Below are positions 1 to 9,194 of a stretch of DNA of 64,000 bases, piece after piece. Location of the stretch: contig CAVWVI010000004.1 in the NCBI GenBank assembly GCA_963758495.1, forward strand, positions 32,001-96,000, in the 5' to 3' direction. The notes under the pieces were generated by a model. That model ran no database searches. It saw only the letters and a list, made by a program, of their open reading frames with translations, and was not told the origin of the DNA. The translations under genes were made by a program, and so were the position numbers. This DNA comes from Oligoflexia bacterium (GTDB taxonomy: Bacteria; Bdellovibrionota; UBA1018). The number at the start of each line of letters is the position of its first letter. Position 1 is the stretch's first letter.

Positions 1-253
1 TCAGTCGTGACAAAATGCTCTTTACTTGGGTTTTTGGGTATTGGCGAAGCATCTCATGTGCAATTTGGAGATGAGCTTCAGACAGGGGATCAGGGCGGGT
101 AGATACAGTCCGTGTATAAGACGGAACTGACCCACTTTTAAGATAATTTCTCACAGTCCTTTCGGACAACCCTAGTTCAATTCCAATTTCTTTTTGGGTT
201 TTGCCATCATTCCTTAGCTGAATAATCCTTTTGAACTCAGTCATTAAAATCAT
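1..253 (-). CDS. istA: IS21-family transposase IstA, N-terminal part (runs off window)
   Basis: Manual translation MILMTEFKRIIQLRNDGKTQKEIGIELGLSERTVRNYL... (N-terminal HTH typical of IstA); GGAG just upstream; not in ORF track. Confidence 0.75.
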   Translation of the reverse strand, partial: MILMTEFKRIIQLRNDGKTQKEIGIELGLSERTVRNYLKSGSVPSYTRTVSTRPDPLSEAHLQIAHEMLRQYPKTQVKSILSRL

Positions 254-388
254 ACTCCGGTTAACTCCAATAGAGCGAGTTCTACCCGAGAGACGACTGG
301 AGGCAAAACCTCCAGGTACTGTTAACTATTTCAGTTAACCGGCAAATTTAATTGGCACTGGACCGGCAAGATTCATTGGCACTAGCCA
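1..388 (-). mobile_element. IS21-like element, left end
   Basis: Minus strand starts TG at 388 followed by two tandem AGTGCCAAT-N5-TTGCCGGT repeats, as in the multiple terminal repeats of IS21-family ends; istA follows. Confidence 0.7.
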
Positions 389-413
389 TTTGCTGTCCCG
401 TCATCTTCTTCAT
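389..413 (-). pseudogene. Probable 5' stub (MKKMTGQQ) of an AbiEii toxin gene interrupted by the IS21-like element
   Basis: ATG overlaps the abiEi stop (ATGA), GGAGG upstream; reading runs into the IS end after 8 codons. Confidence 0.55.
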
Positions 414-985
414 GCCAAAACCTCCAGGTACGGTCTCAATCGATGATCTACTTTAAGTTGAACTGCCATATCCAATATTTTGCCAGGCGTAGTCTTCTTC
501 TGTTGGATGGATCTCTTAAGTGCGTCGATAAAAGTCTGCAATCCCACCAAACGACGATAAATCAAGCAGTCCACTAAAGTGCGTTCGAGCGAAGTAATCC
601 TATATCCATTCTCCTTTACTATTCCGATCTCCCACAATGGGCTTCGGCATCGTAGGAGCTTCAAATCTTTATGAGCGGTTCGTTTGGATACAGGAACCAT
701 GATCCATACTTTTCTAGGGATGGTATCTGTAAGATTGTACTGAACCAACGCTGATACGAGACAAATCGCCGATGGATACCCCATTCGCAGGGTTGCTGCA
801 TTGAGCTGATCTTCATTGGAAAATTCAGCGTTCACAGATTGATATATACCTCTCGCTACACGCTCAATTTGTCCCGACTCATATAAACTCTGCAACGTTC
901 GCTTTGATAAGCCCAATTCTTCAGCTTGCTTCACTGAAAAGAGACGTTTCCTGAGCTGTTTCGGGAACTTAATGGCGACTGTCAT
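410..985 (-). CDS. abiEi: Type IV TA antitoxin, AbiEi family
   Basis: wHTH N-terminus (IERVARGIY), CLVSAL and ITSLERTLVD motifs; start at MTVAIKF (985) just below an operator-like inverted repeat. Confidence 0.85.
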   Translation of the reverse strand: MTVAIKFPKQLRKRLFSVKQAEELGLSKRTLQSLYESGQIERVARGIYQSVNAEFSNEDQLNAATLRMGYPSAICLVSALVQYNLTDTIPRKVWIMVPVSKRTAHKDLKLLRCRSPLWEIGIVKENGYRITSLERTLVDCLIYRRLVGLQTFIDALKRSIQQKKTTPGKILDMAVQLKVDHRLRPYLEVLA

Positions 986-988
986 ATT

Positions 989-1032
989 GGTTAAAAGTTG
1001 ACACAATTTTATTTTTGTGTCAACTTTTAACC
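989..1032. promoter_or_regulatory. 18-bp perfect inverted repeat, likely AbiEi autoregulatory operator
   Basis: GGTTAAAAGTTGACACAA-N8-TTGTGTCAACTTTTAACC directly upstream of abiEi; contains TTGACA. Confidence 0.75.
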
Positions 1033-1215
1033 TATTAAAAATGAAAACTTTGAAATGTCTCGATGCTCGGGAAAAACTCGCTACGGAACGCTTGCATGAC
1101 TCCCGAAAAAAAATGAAATCGCGTCTGAAAAACATTTTGGAACCATGAATGATAAACTATTTGACAATCTGTACGACTAGTCAGACACTAAAAACGTAAC
1201 GGGGTACTTATAAAG

Positions 1216-1533
1216 ATGGCTAAAATTGCTACATCAAAAAAGCAAAAATCACCTGAGAAAAAGCCCCTCATTACCCATGTACAGGTAGAAGGTTCAGAAC
1301 TTAAGAACTCCAAGTTGGTTAGCGAAACCCTACTGGAGTGTGTCCGAACCGGGGACCTAGATTCGTTTCGCGATGTTTTAGCCACCCACATCATGAGCAG
1401 TAACAAAGTGCACCTTGCCAAGAGATCCGGTCTCGGAAGACAAACCCTCTACGATCTTATCGATCCTAAGAGAAATTTTGACCCTGCTCTATCTACCGTG
1501 TCCGCCATTGTCCGAGGGCTAGCAGAATGCTGA
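1216..1533 (+). CDS. HTH addiction-module antidote-like (HigA-like) protein, no cognate toxin seen
   Basis: LAKRSGLGRQTLYDL...PALSTVSAIVRGL HTH pattern. Confidence 0.7.
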   Translation: MAKIATSKKQKSPEKKPLITHVQVEGSELKNSKLVSETLLECVRTGDLDSFRDVLATHIMSSNKVHLAKRSGLGRQTLYDLIDPKRNFDPALSTVSAIVRGLAEC

Positions 1534-1774
1534 CCTCAATAGCCTACAATACCAGAGTCAAACACTTTGGCTATAATAGCCAAAAAAGAGACGTAAGTAC
1601 GCAGAATTGTTCAGAAAGGGTCTGTCACCCCATTTTTAAATCAGAACTGGAATTTTCCTCCGCTGTCACAAAAACAGCGGGGGCAGTTCCATCCCGAATC
1701 ACGAACTCCAGTCCCCTCATCCCATTAGAATCCAAATCACCCACCGCAATCGCGGTTCTCATCATTTCATAGTG

Positions 1775-3090
1775 GGTCCTCCTTCAAGAAGCGCTAGTGG
1801 CAAGCGTATAGCCGTCTTAAACGATAATTTTCGAAGTTCTTAAACCCGAAGGCCCGCCGCTGGACTAGCTTGGCAAGGTTGTTAAATCCTTCAGTTCTCG
1901 CATTGGTTAATTTCGTAGTAAAATAATTCAGTATTTCAGATTTCCATTTTGCAAGTGTTTCACTGAGTGTCTTGATCGGTTTAAGATTGGACTTGGAAGC
2001 AAGATCGATCAGTTTATCCATTTTCTTCTCAGCTCGGGTACGCCCGCGTGTGTTGTAGAGACGGTGGAGCCTCTAATGAAAATTGTAATACTCCTTCAAC
2101 GTCTCATTCCCTTTGAGTTGTAGCATTTGAGCGATTTGAACCTTCTGTTCATGGTCCAACTTGTCCTCCCGTTTAAATAAAAGTCTTGCACTTGGGTGTG
2201 AGGTCAGATGTCCTACCTTCTCGCGTCTACAGCGACTTAGTGGTCGCGAGATGAGCTTTAAAACGTGAAATTTGTCGATCGTTAACTTCGCATTTGGGAA
2301 GTTGTTTTTTGAGAAATTCCGGAATGCTTCGCACATGTCTATAATCACATTTTTTACGTTCTCTTTACCTGGAATTGACTCTGTCTTCTTGGTTAGAATT
2401 GATTCACTTTTACCGTCTACTGCTTCAAATATTCTTTTGTTCTTATAGTCAATAAACACTGAAGCAAACTCCACAGTCCCTTTTACTCGACGAAAAGAAT
2501 GTTCGTCGAGACCAATCGTTGCTGGCCACGGATACTGATTATTCATTCTCCTTTGAAGTTCTAGCTGTTGGTAAAAAACATTGAAAACATAGCCGGGGGA
2601 AATCCTGTACACCGATTGTACTTTTTTTAAGCTAGTGAATGTTTCACAACCCCACAGTACCGCTCTCTTAAAGCGTTCCGAGGTGCGATGCCCCTTTTTT
2701 ATTCCCACTACCGGTTCAGTAAATGGTCTCTTACAATCAGTACACCAAAAGCGCCTCTTAATTAGTTCAAGTATCACCCCTCGATTGCCAAGAGGTTCAT
2801 CACGTATTGTAACTTTCCTGCGATCATAAACGCTCATACTAGGGCTAGCGCATTTTGGACAAACTTCCATTTTTGACCTTTTGACGCCCGTCAAAATCAC
2901 CGACTTCTTTTGAAACCGTTGTCCTGTAATTTCCACTTCCTTGAATGACAAAATTTGGGTACTTAGTTGGCCGGGCATAGTTGGACTTCCTGTTAAAAAA
3001 ATTTAAGAGTTTGATCAACGAGGTCTACTATGCTTTTTTTATTTGTCAACTATTCTGCTTGCTTGAACCCACCATCAAAGTAGGAGAGCC
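1775..3090 (-). mobile_element. ISL3-family insertion sequence
   Basis: Left end GGCTCTCC at 3090 (minus); weaker GGTCCTCC end near 1775; ISL3 transposase inside; no target duplication seen. Confidence 0.7.
1794..2978 (-). pseudogene. ISL3 transposase with one in-frame TAG (2073-2075)
   Basis: Zn finger CPKC...CTDC, GLDEHS, IDKFHV, TNARTEGFN motifs; the two ORFs are in one frame. Confidence 0.9.
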
Positions 3091-3127
3091 GTTTCCTCCA
3101 CCCAACAGTGGTTGAGAACTTCCTGTT

Positions 3128-3731
3128 TTATTTTTTATAGTATTTTGGTTTACAGCCTCTCTCCAATTGAATTCTTAAATTACATTCGTCGGAAAAATAG
3201 GAAACACAACCTTTTTTTGTCTTGAACTTATCGAACGACCAAATCATCTCAGCAGTCTCGGTATCGCCTGAGTGCTTTTCCCAAAACTCTCCAGAGACAC
3301 AAAAATGTGATTCATCTTGCGTCATTTTATTAAATCGCTCTTGAAAATATTTACATGACTCTAGCCGAATTGCCCTTCGAGGGAGATAATCATGACTTCC
3401 ATCCTTTTTTGATCGAATCTCCAGAACTAAAATAACCATCATGGACTTTTCGTCTTCATCATAATCTGGATCATCGCAGCGTAGAGATGCATCTTTTGTA
3501 GAATAGCATCTCCAATAGGGAAAAACGGTGTCACCATCCAAAGAAAAAGGTACTGACTGGGTAACGTTACAGGTATTTATGGCAAGGTCCTCCTCATTGA
3601 GAATACCATAGTCATCACCAATCAATCCAAATGGATAGACTTCTTTCAATCTTTGTAGATGACTAAGCTGTTGGGAAGCACATCCAAGCCAATGTAACTA
3701 AGGTAAGCGAGAGCGCTATTAGTTTTTGCAT
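3128..3731 (-). pseudogene. Cys-rich lipoprotein, frameshifted in the signal region
   Basis: MQKLIALSLTLVTL then +frameshift to GCASQQLSHLQRLKEVYPFG (lipobox-like); start overlaps the SLT gene end. Confidence 0.55.
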
Positions 3732-4531
3732 GATTTGTACTGCTTGTAATATCTTTTAAATCTACCAATCAGCTCCTGAGCTCGGCTACGAATACTTTTG
3801 GTTTTGGCTTTTAACTTCCTCCTAAGACTCTTATATTCAGCCACGCCTTCTTCCCAAGAAGCAGTCCTTCCAAGTTTTGCTGAGGCTCGTTCACGTTTAT
3901 AAAAAAGCCATCGAATTCCAGCACAAATATTGGTACTTGGATCATTTAAGTCTTCTCTACGTTAGATCAAAGTAGTAATCTTTGAGTTCTCCCTTTTCTG
4001 TTACCCAAAATAACCCGTGTATCATCCGTAATCTGCATCAATCCTCTCGCACTTGCTGGATTTGTCAGGGTCAGCTAAACGTAATGGCTTAAAAGTTGAC
4101 TCTGACTTGATTAGTGCCTTTATTAAATTGGGATCAAGAGGCTCATCCGGTTTAAACATTTCGTTCCAATACTGAGTCCAACCAGCAATCAAATCATCAA
4201 ACTCGTTGCTTTCGTCAATTTTCGATTTAAGTGCACAAGGCTTCTTCTTGGATTTGAATGTATCCGAGTTGCCGATTTTTTTGATGTCCTGGGGACTGAA
4301 ACTAATCCTGCTACTCGCAGGATTTCGAGCGCAGTGTTCTCGTCGGATTGTAATACCCAACGGACTTTTCTCACTTGGAGACACTTTCATGGGATGCTTT
4401 TGTATCCAATGCTTACCAATCGGGCATACCTTAGACGATACTCTTTTACGCTCCTTTTTTTCTATTTTCTTCAAAGATCGACTTTTTTTTGCAGTATTTT
4501 TATTTCTAGTCTTTTTGGCTGATTTCGACAT
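3719..4531 (-). pseudogene. Lytic transglycosylase (SLT-domain) protein, about three frameshifts
   Basis: Across frames: ALIKSESTF, SARGLMQI, LNDPSTNICAGIRWL (SLT motifs); Lys-rich N-terminus. Confidence 0.75.
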
Positions 4532-4549
4532 TATGCTCTTATCTAAATT

Positions 4550-5476
4550 TTAAAAACCAAGTTTTCGTTTTAGCTTATTCAAAGAGTCTCCATGTTTCGT
4601 TCTATCCTTCTCCTTCAACAACCGAATATTCCTCAGCTTCCACTGGATCGCTGGCAACCTATCAACACCAGCAACCGCCAGCAATTTCCAATCTGGCTCA
4701 CCTTGCTTCAAACTAATCAAAAATTTACGCTCTTCGTCGCTCATGGAATTTGAAATAATCTCAATATACTCTTCTCGAACTTTTATCAGTTCATCAAGAG
4801 TCAATTCACCCTCTACCATTCCAACGAACTCTCGCTCAAACGATTGCTTTATGTCCTTCCGATTAGGCTGAATGATTTCATTGATGGGTCTATCGTGACT
4901 CGAAAGATAGACCAAAAAGGCCTTCCGAATTTCATCGGTAATTCCTTCATTTTCGAGAAGTATCTTCATATCATAAATATCCCGAGGATGCTGCCGATCC
5001 AGGGCAGCGCAAAGTTTACCACCATACAGATCAGCAAACGATAACGTTGTGATTGAAACCGTTTTCTCAAAGAGAAGTTCCGCTCGATTGCACAGCTCCC
5101 TTTCTTGAGTCGGAAAAACAAACCCTCGAATGACTTCATTAGGTTCAATTTTTATTTGAGCTTCCCTATCAATGACAACGAGTTTAGATATCCTCTGATC
5201 ACCCTTTGCTCGAGTCCGTTGCACCTTGAGATTTGGCCGGACCTTTTCAATTGAGGTAGCAATTCTATCAAGCGCTGCTGAAATATTAGCCAATGAAGTG
5301 TTCCGATCCTCAATCGGCAGATAGGTTAAGTCAAGGTCAACAGAAAGACGAGGCATATCCCGCCAGAAGAAGTTGATTGCGGTTCCACCTTTCAATGCAA
5401 AACAGTTTTCTTTAGCTACCTCTGGAATCATTTGAACCATGAGGTTAGCCTCTTTGTAAAATGGACTTTGTTTCAT
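4550..5476 (-). CDS. abiEii: AbiEii/AbiGii nucleotidyltransferase toxin
   Basis: FALKGGTAIN, RLSVDLDL, KLCAALDRQHPRDIYD motifs; start MKQSP overlaps antitoxin stop. Confidence 0.9.
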   Translation of the reverse strand: MKQSPFYKEANLMVQMIPEVAKENCFALKGGTAINFFWRDMPRLSVDLDLTYLPIEDRNTSLANISAALDRIATSIEKVRPNLKVQRTRAKGDQRISKLVVIDREAQIKIEPNEVIRGFVFPTQERELCNRAELLFEKTVSITTLSFADLYGGKLCAALDRQHPRDIYDMKILLENEGITDEIRKAFLVYLSSHDRPINEIIQPNRKDIKQSFEREFVGMVEGELTLDELIKVREEYIEIISNSMSDEERKFLISLKQGEPDWKLLAVAGVDRLPAIQWKLRNIRLLKEKDRTKHGDSLNKLKRKLGF

Positions 5477-6282
5477 CAAGTGGATTCCTTTTCTTGATCT
5501 GATAATCGGGGGGAGACCATACTCCGAGGAACGGTAATTCCATACTTCGTATTCAGCACTCCCTCTTTTTCGATCACCCTCTTTCCGCTCCCAAGATTCA
5601 CCTGAGATAGATCTAACTTTTTTACCCAAGGATGGTTGCATTCTTCTGCTAGAAAAAGAAAAAGTCGCTTTGCCTTGATCGACCGGCAGGAGACCAGGAG
5701 TTTTTGTACTATTTTGGGACGTAACGTAGTGAGTCCCTCCATTAAGAGTTTTGCTTCTTCAAATGATTCTTCATTTGGAACTAGAGAAAGAAACTCAAGA
5801 ATTGCTCTTTCAGATGCGGAGACCAAAACGGTGAATGCACCCATTTCATGTGGAGAAACACCGAATCCAGAATCTACTCGCAAAAGGTCTGAAGTGATTA
5901 ACATCGGCTTAACCCCCCAGTCATGCTTCTGAAACCAGGCAGGAAGCTTTGTATTGGGTTCGCCAAAAAGTGAGAGTATCCAGTCCTTTCCTTGCGGGAT
6001 GAAGTGCCCCTGTCCCTTCAAGAGCAACGCTGTTTTACCTCCTACGTGAATCGAGAGTTTTAATTGGGACTGGATCGCATAGAGTCCCCCAGCCCACTCT
6101 ACCTTATCTCCAGCTCGCACCACGGCTCCGTGGCCTATAGGCTTTAGCCAGCCACTCTTTCGGTACTTATAGATGAGATCAAATCCAAACCCTTGCTCAT
6201 GGAGCCAGGAACATGCAAAAACACTCTGAGGGGGCCAATGGGAAAGAAGTTGGTTTAATTTTCCTCTTTTTTCTAGACTCAT
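5476..6282 (-). CDS. abiEi: Type IV TA antitoxin, AbiEi_3-like
   Basis: KLNQLL..WP, HVGGKTAL, SERAILE, SIKAKRLFL, LGSGKR motifs; upstream of abiEii. Confidence 0.9.
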   Translation of the reverse strand: MSLEKRGKLNQLLSHWPPQSVFACSWLHEQGFGFDLIYKYRKSGWLKPIGHGAVVRAGDKVEWAGGLYAIQSQLKLSIHVGGKTALLLKGQGHFIPQGKDWILSLFGEPNTKLPAWFQKHDWGVKPMLITSDLLRVDSGFGVSPHEMGAFTVLVSASERAILEFLSLVPNEESFEEAKLLMEGLTTLRPKIVQKLLVSCRSIKAKRLFLFLAEECNHPWVKKLDLSQVNLGSGKRVIEKEGVLNTKYGITVPRSMVSPRLSDQEKEST

Positions 6283-6331
6283 GGTCTATATTTTAGTGTA
6301 AATTTAAACTAAAAACAAGGTGTGGTTTACT

Positions 6332-6691
6332 TTAGATCGAATATATAGACTTTAAGTCGATATTATCTAGTATTTTCTGAACCGATCTAGCGTGCCATGC
6401 ACCTCGCCCTGACTTTGTGGAGATTTTCATCGAATTCAGAATGTCAGCAATCTTCCAATAGCTGAATCCCTGTGTCCGAAGCTTTGTCATCTTCTCGATA
6501 TTCTCTAACTCCCGCTGATAAACGACAACCTTGCGATTACGCCACGCCTCACCATAACGGAGCTGAGATCGAGTCTTATACTCCGCATCATTAGGCCTAA
6601 TCGAAACGCCGTAGGCCTTCAAGTGGGAAGCCACCGCCGTCCTGGAGGAAAAAATTTCAGCTGCAATTTCCTGAGTCGAGAGCCTTTCCAC
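6332..6691 (-). CDS. Small recombinase-domain (serine recombinase DNA-binding) protein or remnant
   Basis: YG..., G.SYWKIADILN...TKSGRGAWHARSVQKIL pattern; no catalytic domain. Confidence 0.6.
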   Translation of the reverse strand: MERLSTQEIAAEIFSSRTAVASHLKAYGVSIRPNDAEYKTRSQLRYGEAWRNRKVVVYQRELENIEKMTKLRTQGFSYWKIADILNSMKISTKSGRGAWHARSVQKILDNIDLKSIYSI

Positions 6692-6804
6692 CTCGTTTTG
6701 TAAGGGCTTTAACTCTCTATTGGATGCATATTTTGAAGAACTCTAATGGTAAAACCTTATCTATTTGATTTTATTAATGATAGTCAATTTCTGATCTATT
6801 TATG

Positions 6805-6886
6805 TGAAAGTTAAAACTATCAACTATTTTAATTTGTGATAGTTAAAACTACCAATATATTTTCATTTTGATAGTTTTAACTTATA
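6805..6886. promoter_or_regulatory. Three palindromic operator-like boxes with 32-bp period
   Basis: Variants of TGATAGTT-AA-AACTATCA at 6805, 6837 and 6869, upstream of mystery protein A. Confidence 0.65.
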
Positions 6887-6894
6887 CTTTATTC

Positions 6895-7407
6895 ATGAAA
6901 ACCAAAAAGAAGATGCTTGTTAACCAGCGAAAAATTTTAGAAAAGAAAATTGAAGCATGGATTCCACTGCGATCAAACCGAGTACCTCCTTCAGGGTGGC
7001 TAAAGGCCATTCGAGGAGCATTGGGAATTAATGCAAGTCAAATGGCCAAATTTTTAGGGGTTACACACTCTGCCATTCGTCAGTTTGAGAAAAATGAAAC
7101 TCAACATAAAATCTCTTTAGAAACGATCGAGAAAGTTGCTCACGCTATGCACTGTAAGTTGGTCTATGCAATTGTTCCGCAAGAACCCTACTCAAATTTT
7201 GAAGCAATCATAGATGAACGAGCCACCCAAGCAGCTCGATCTGTCGTTTCTAAAGTTGACCACACTATGAAATTGGAACAGCAAGGAATAAGCAGAGACA
7301 GACTGAATGAACAGATCCGAGAAATTGCTCGCGAATTAAAAGATAATATGGACTCCACACTTTGGGAATCTGCGAAAGACCTTTCGAGGCAGAGAAAATT
7401 AAAATGA
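6895..7407 (+). CDS. Mobile mystery protein A (XRE-family HTH)
   Basis: PPSGWLKAIRGALG, HTMKLEQQ, C-terminal LW; paired with protein B. Confidence 0.9.
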   Translation: MKTKKKMLVNQRKILEKKIEAWIPLRSNRVPPSGWLKAIRGALGINASQMAKFLGVTHSAIRQFEKNETQHKISLETIEKVAHAMHCKLVYAIVPQEPYSNFEAIIDERATQAARSVVSKVDHTMKLEQQGISRDRLNEQIREIARELKDNMDSTLWESAKDLSRQRKLK

Positions 7408-8006
7408 CCAAATTTGTGATCGAATATCCACCGGGCGCTACTCCTCTCACTCCCGACGAGAGAGACGGCCTGATTCCAGATTACATTAGCACCCATGGAG
7501 AATTGAATGAACTCGAACAACGGAACATTCAAGATTGTATTCTTTGGCTCCGTAGTCGCCAGTCTTTTGATCTTCTGACACTGAGTTTTGCTTTCGAACT
7601 CCACAAACGGATGTTCAACCAGGTATGGAAATGGGCGGGGCATCCACGGAGGTCTGGCAAGAATATTGGTATAGACTGGCCTCAGATTTCAAGCCAACTA
7701 GTATTACTCATGGAAGACGCTAAGTTTTGGATCGGGAATAAAACTTTTAAGATAGATGAAATAGGAGTTCGTTTTCATCATAGGCTCGTCCAAATTCATG
7801 TCTTTCCAAATGGAAATGGAAGGCATGCTCGACTCATGACTGATCTGTTTTTAGAGATAGAAGGACGAGAGCCTTTTTCATGGGGTGCGAGGACTAGTCT
7901 TGCTCCAATGGAGACCGAAGGAGAGCACCGCAAAAAATATATATTGGCTCTTAGAACCGCAGATAAGAATCAGTATGATTTACTGCTTTCCTTTGTAAGG
8001 TCATAG
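7404..8006 (+). CDS. Mobile mystery protein B (Fic domain)
   Basis: PPGATPL, ELNELEQRNI, Fic motif HVFPNGNGRHAR. Confidence 0.9.
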   Translation: MTKFVIEYPPGATPLTPDERDGLIPDYISTHGELNELEQRNIQDCILWLRSRQSFDLLTLSFAFELHKRMFNQVWKWAGHPRRSGKNIGIDWPQISSQLVLLMEDAKFWIGNKTFKIDEIGVRFHHRLVQIHVFPNGNGRHARLMTDLFLEIEGREPFSWGARTSLAPMETEGEHRKKYILALRTADKNQYDLLLSFVRS

Positions 8007-8016
8007 GTGCAATTGA

Positions 8017-8200
8017 AATCAAGACTTGAAGGGATCCTCCTCCTTATCCAACAAGCTTTTGCCAGCTTTTGAATTTTCCATCTCAAGCTCTAGCCGAGCA
8101 TTACAGTCCAAGATTTGGGTAATAGTCCTCGCATGCCATTTACCGCCGTTCTTTGTTCTAACTCCCCCAGACTCTAATTCTAAAGCAATTACCGCTCTTC
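8017..8200 (-). pseudogene. Second recombinase-domain remnant
   Basis: Manual translation ...IALELESGGVRTKNGGKWHARTITQIL...; boundaries approximate. Confidence 0.5.
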
Positions 8201-8202
8201 TT

Positions 8203-8240
8203 AATGTAACCCCTCAACTTATTGAGGGGTTACATTTTTT
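8203..8240 (+). terminator. 15-bp hairpin followed by T-run
   Basis: AATGTAACCCCTCAA-CTTA-TTGAGGGGTTACATT-TTTT. Confidence 0.6.
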
Positions 8241-8366
8241 GATGCTGTTTTATAACCCTACGTGAGAGAGGACATTTACTTACCGTAACTATTTTCCCAA
8301 TAAACTACTCTAACTCGCCCTGAACGGCACTCCCCATGTGGGGACTGATTCCTCTTCAACGTCAGA

Positions 8367-8963
8367 CTACAATGATTTCGAGGCAGAGCTTGCTTTGGAT
8401 TTCATTCGAGTCACTACTGGAGCCTTGGCAGTTGGTTTCTTTAAAACAACCGACTTCTTCTCAACCTTTGCTGTCTCTTTATTCGCAGCCAGCATTATGT
8501 GAGCGCAGGCTAGAGCATCCGATAAGGCTTCGTGGTGTTTCAACTTAATATCTAAGTACCGACAGACGTCCGGCAACTTAGTGGGGTAAACGGCCCACTG
8601 ACTACGGGCTATTTGCATCGTACATTTAAAGGGCAGCGTCGGCATTGCAATCCTGTACCGCGCACAGCAAGCCTTAAGAACGCTGGAGTCAAATTTAGCA
8701 TTATGCGCGGCTAGAAAGTCGATGCCATCAAAATGACCGGCGATATCCTTCCATAGTTCTTTGAATGTCGGCTCGGAAGCAACATCCTTCCAACTAATGC
8801 CGTGGATGTAGGTAAACATGAAATCTCGGTATGGGGGCTGGATTAAATAGACAGCCTTGTGAACGACTTTATTTTTCTCAACCCTTACCAGTCCGATTGA
8901 GCAGGCGCTATCACGACTTTGGTTTGCAGTTTCAAAATCAATAGCTAGAAAATTGCCACTCAT
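8367..8963 (-). CDS. DEDDh 3'-5' exonuclease (DNA pol III epsilon-like) with basic tail
   Basis: AIDFETAN, AHNAKFD, HHEALSDA motifs. Confidence 0.9.
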   Translation of the reverse strand: MSGNFLAIDFETANQSRDSACSIGLVRVEKNKVVHKAVYLIQPPYRDFMFTYIHGISWKDVASEPTFKELWKDIAGHFDGIDFLAAHNAKFDSSVLKACCARYRIAMPTLPFKCTMQIARSQWAVYPTKLPDVCRYLDIKLKHHEALSDALACAHIMLAANKETAKVEKKSVVLKKPTAKAPVVTRMKSKASSASKSL

Positions 8964-9194
8964 CGCTGTCTCCCTAATGTGTCGACCTATCGTTGGAGCC
9001 TTGACAATCGACTATAGGAGAGCGTCCGTCAAGGATTTATTCCGAATGGACCACCCGACTTCGGGAGCTAGATTGAAACCAGCACCACCTAGATTTCTCT
9101 CACTCATTACAGTAAATGTAGGCTAATAAATTCTTTTCAAACGCCTTCAAATGACATCCTCAAAATAGAAAAATGACAAAGTTTCCCACGCAGC

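Noticed and set aside
304..431. 16-bp direct repeat as IS target-site duplication
   Set aside because: One copy is inside the element and the other is 27 bp from the end.
8325..8350. CTCCCCATGTGGGGAC as degenerate tRNA-end att site
   Set aside because: Too short, no partner copy found.
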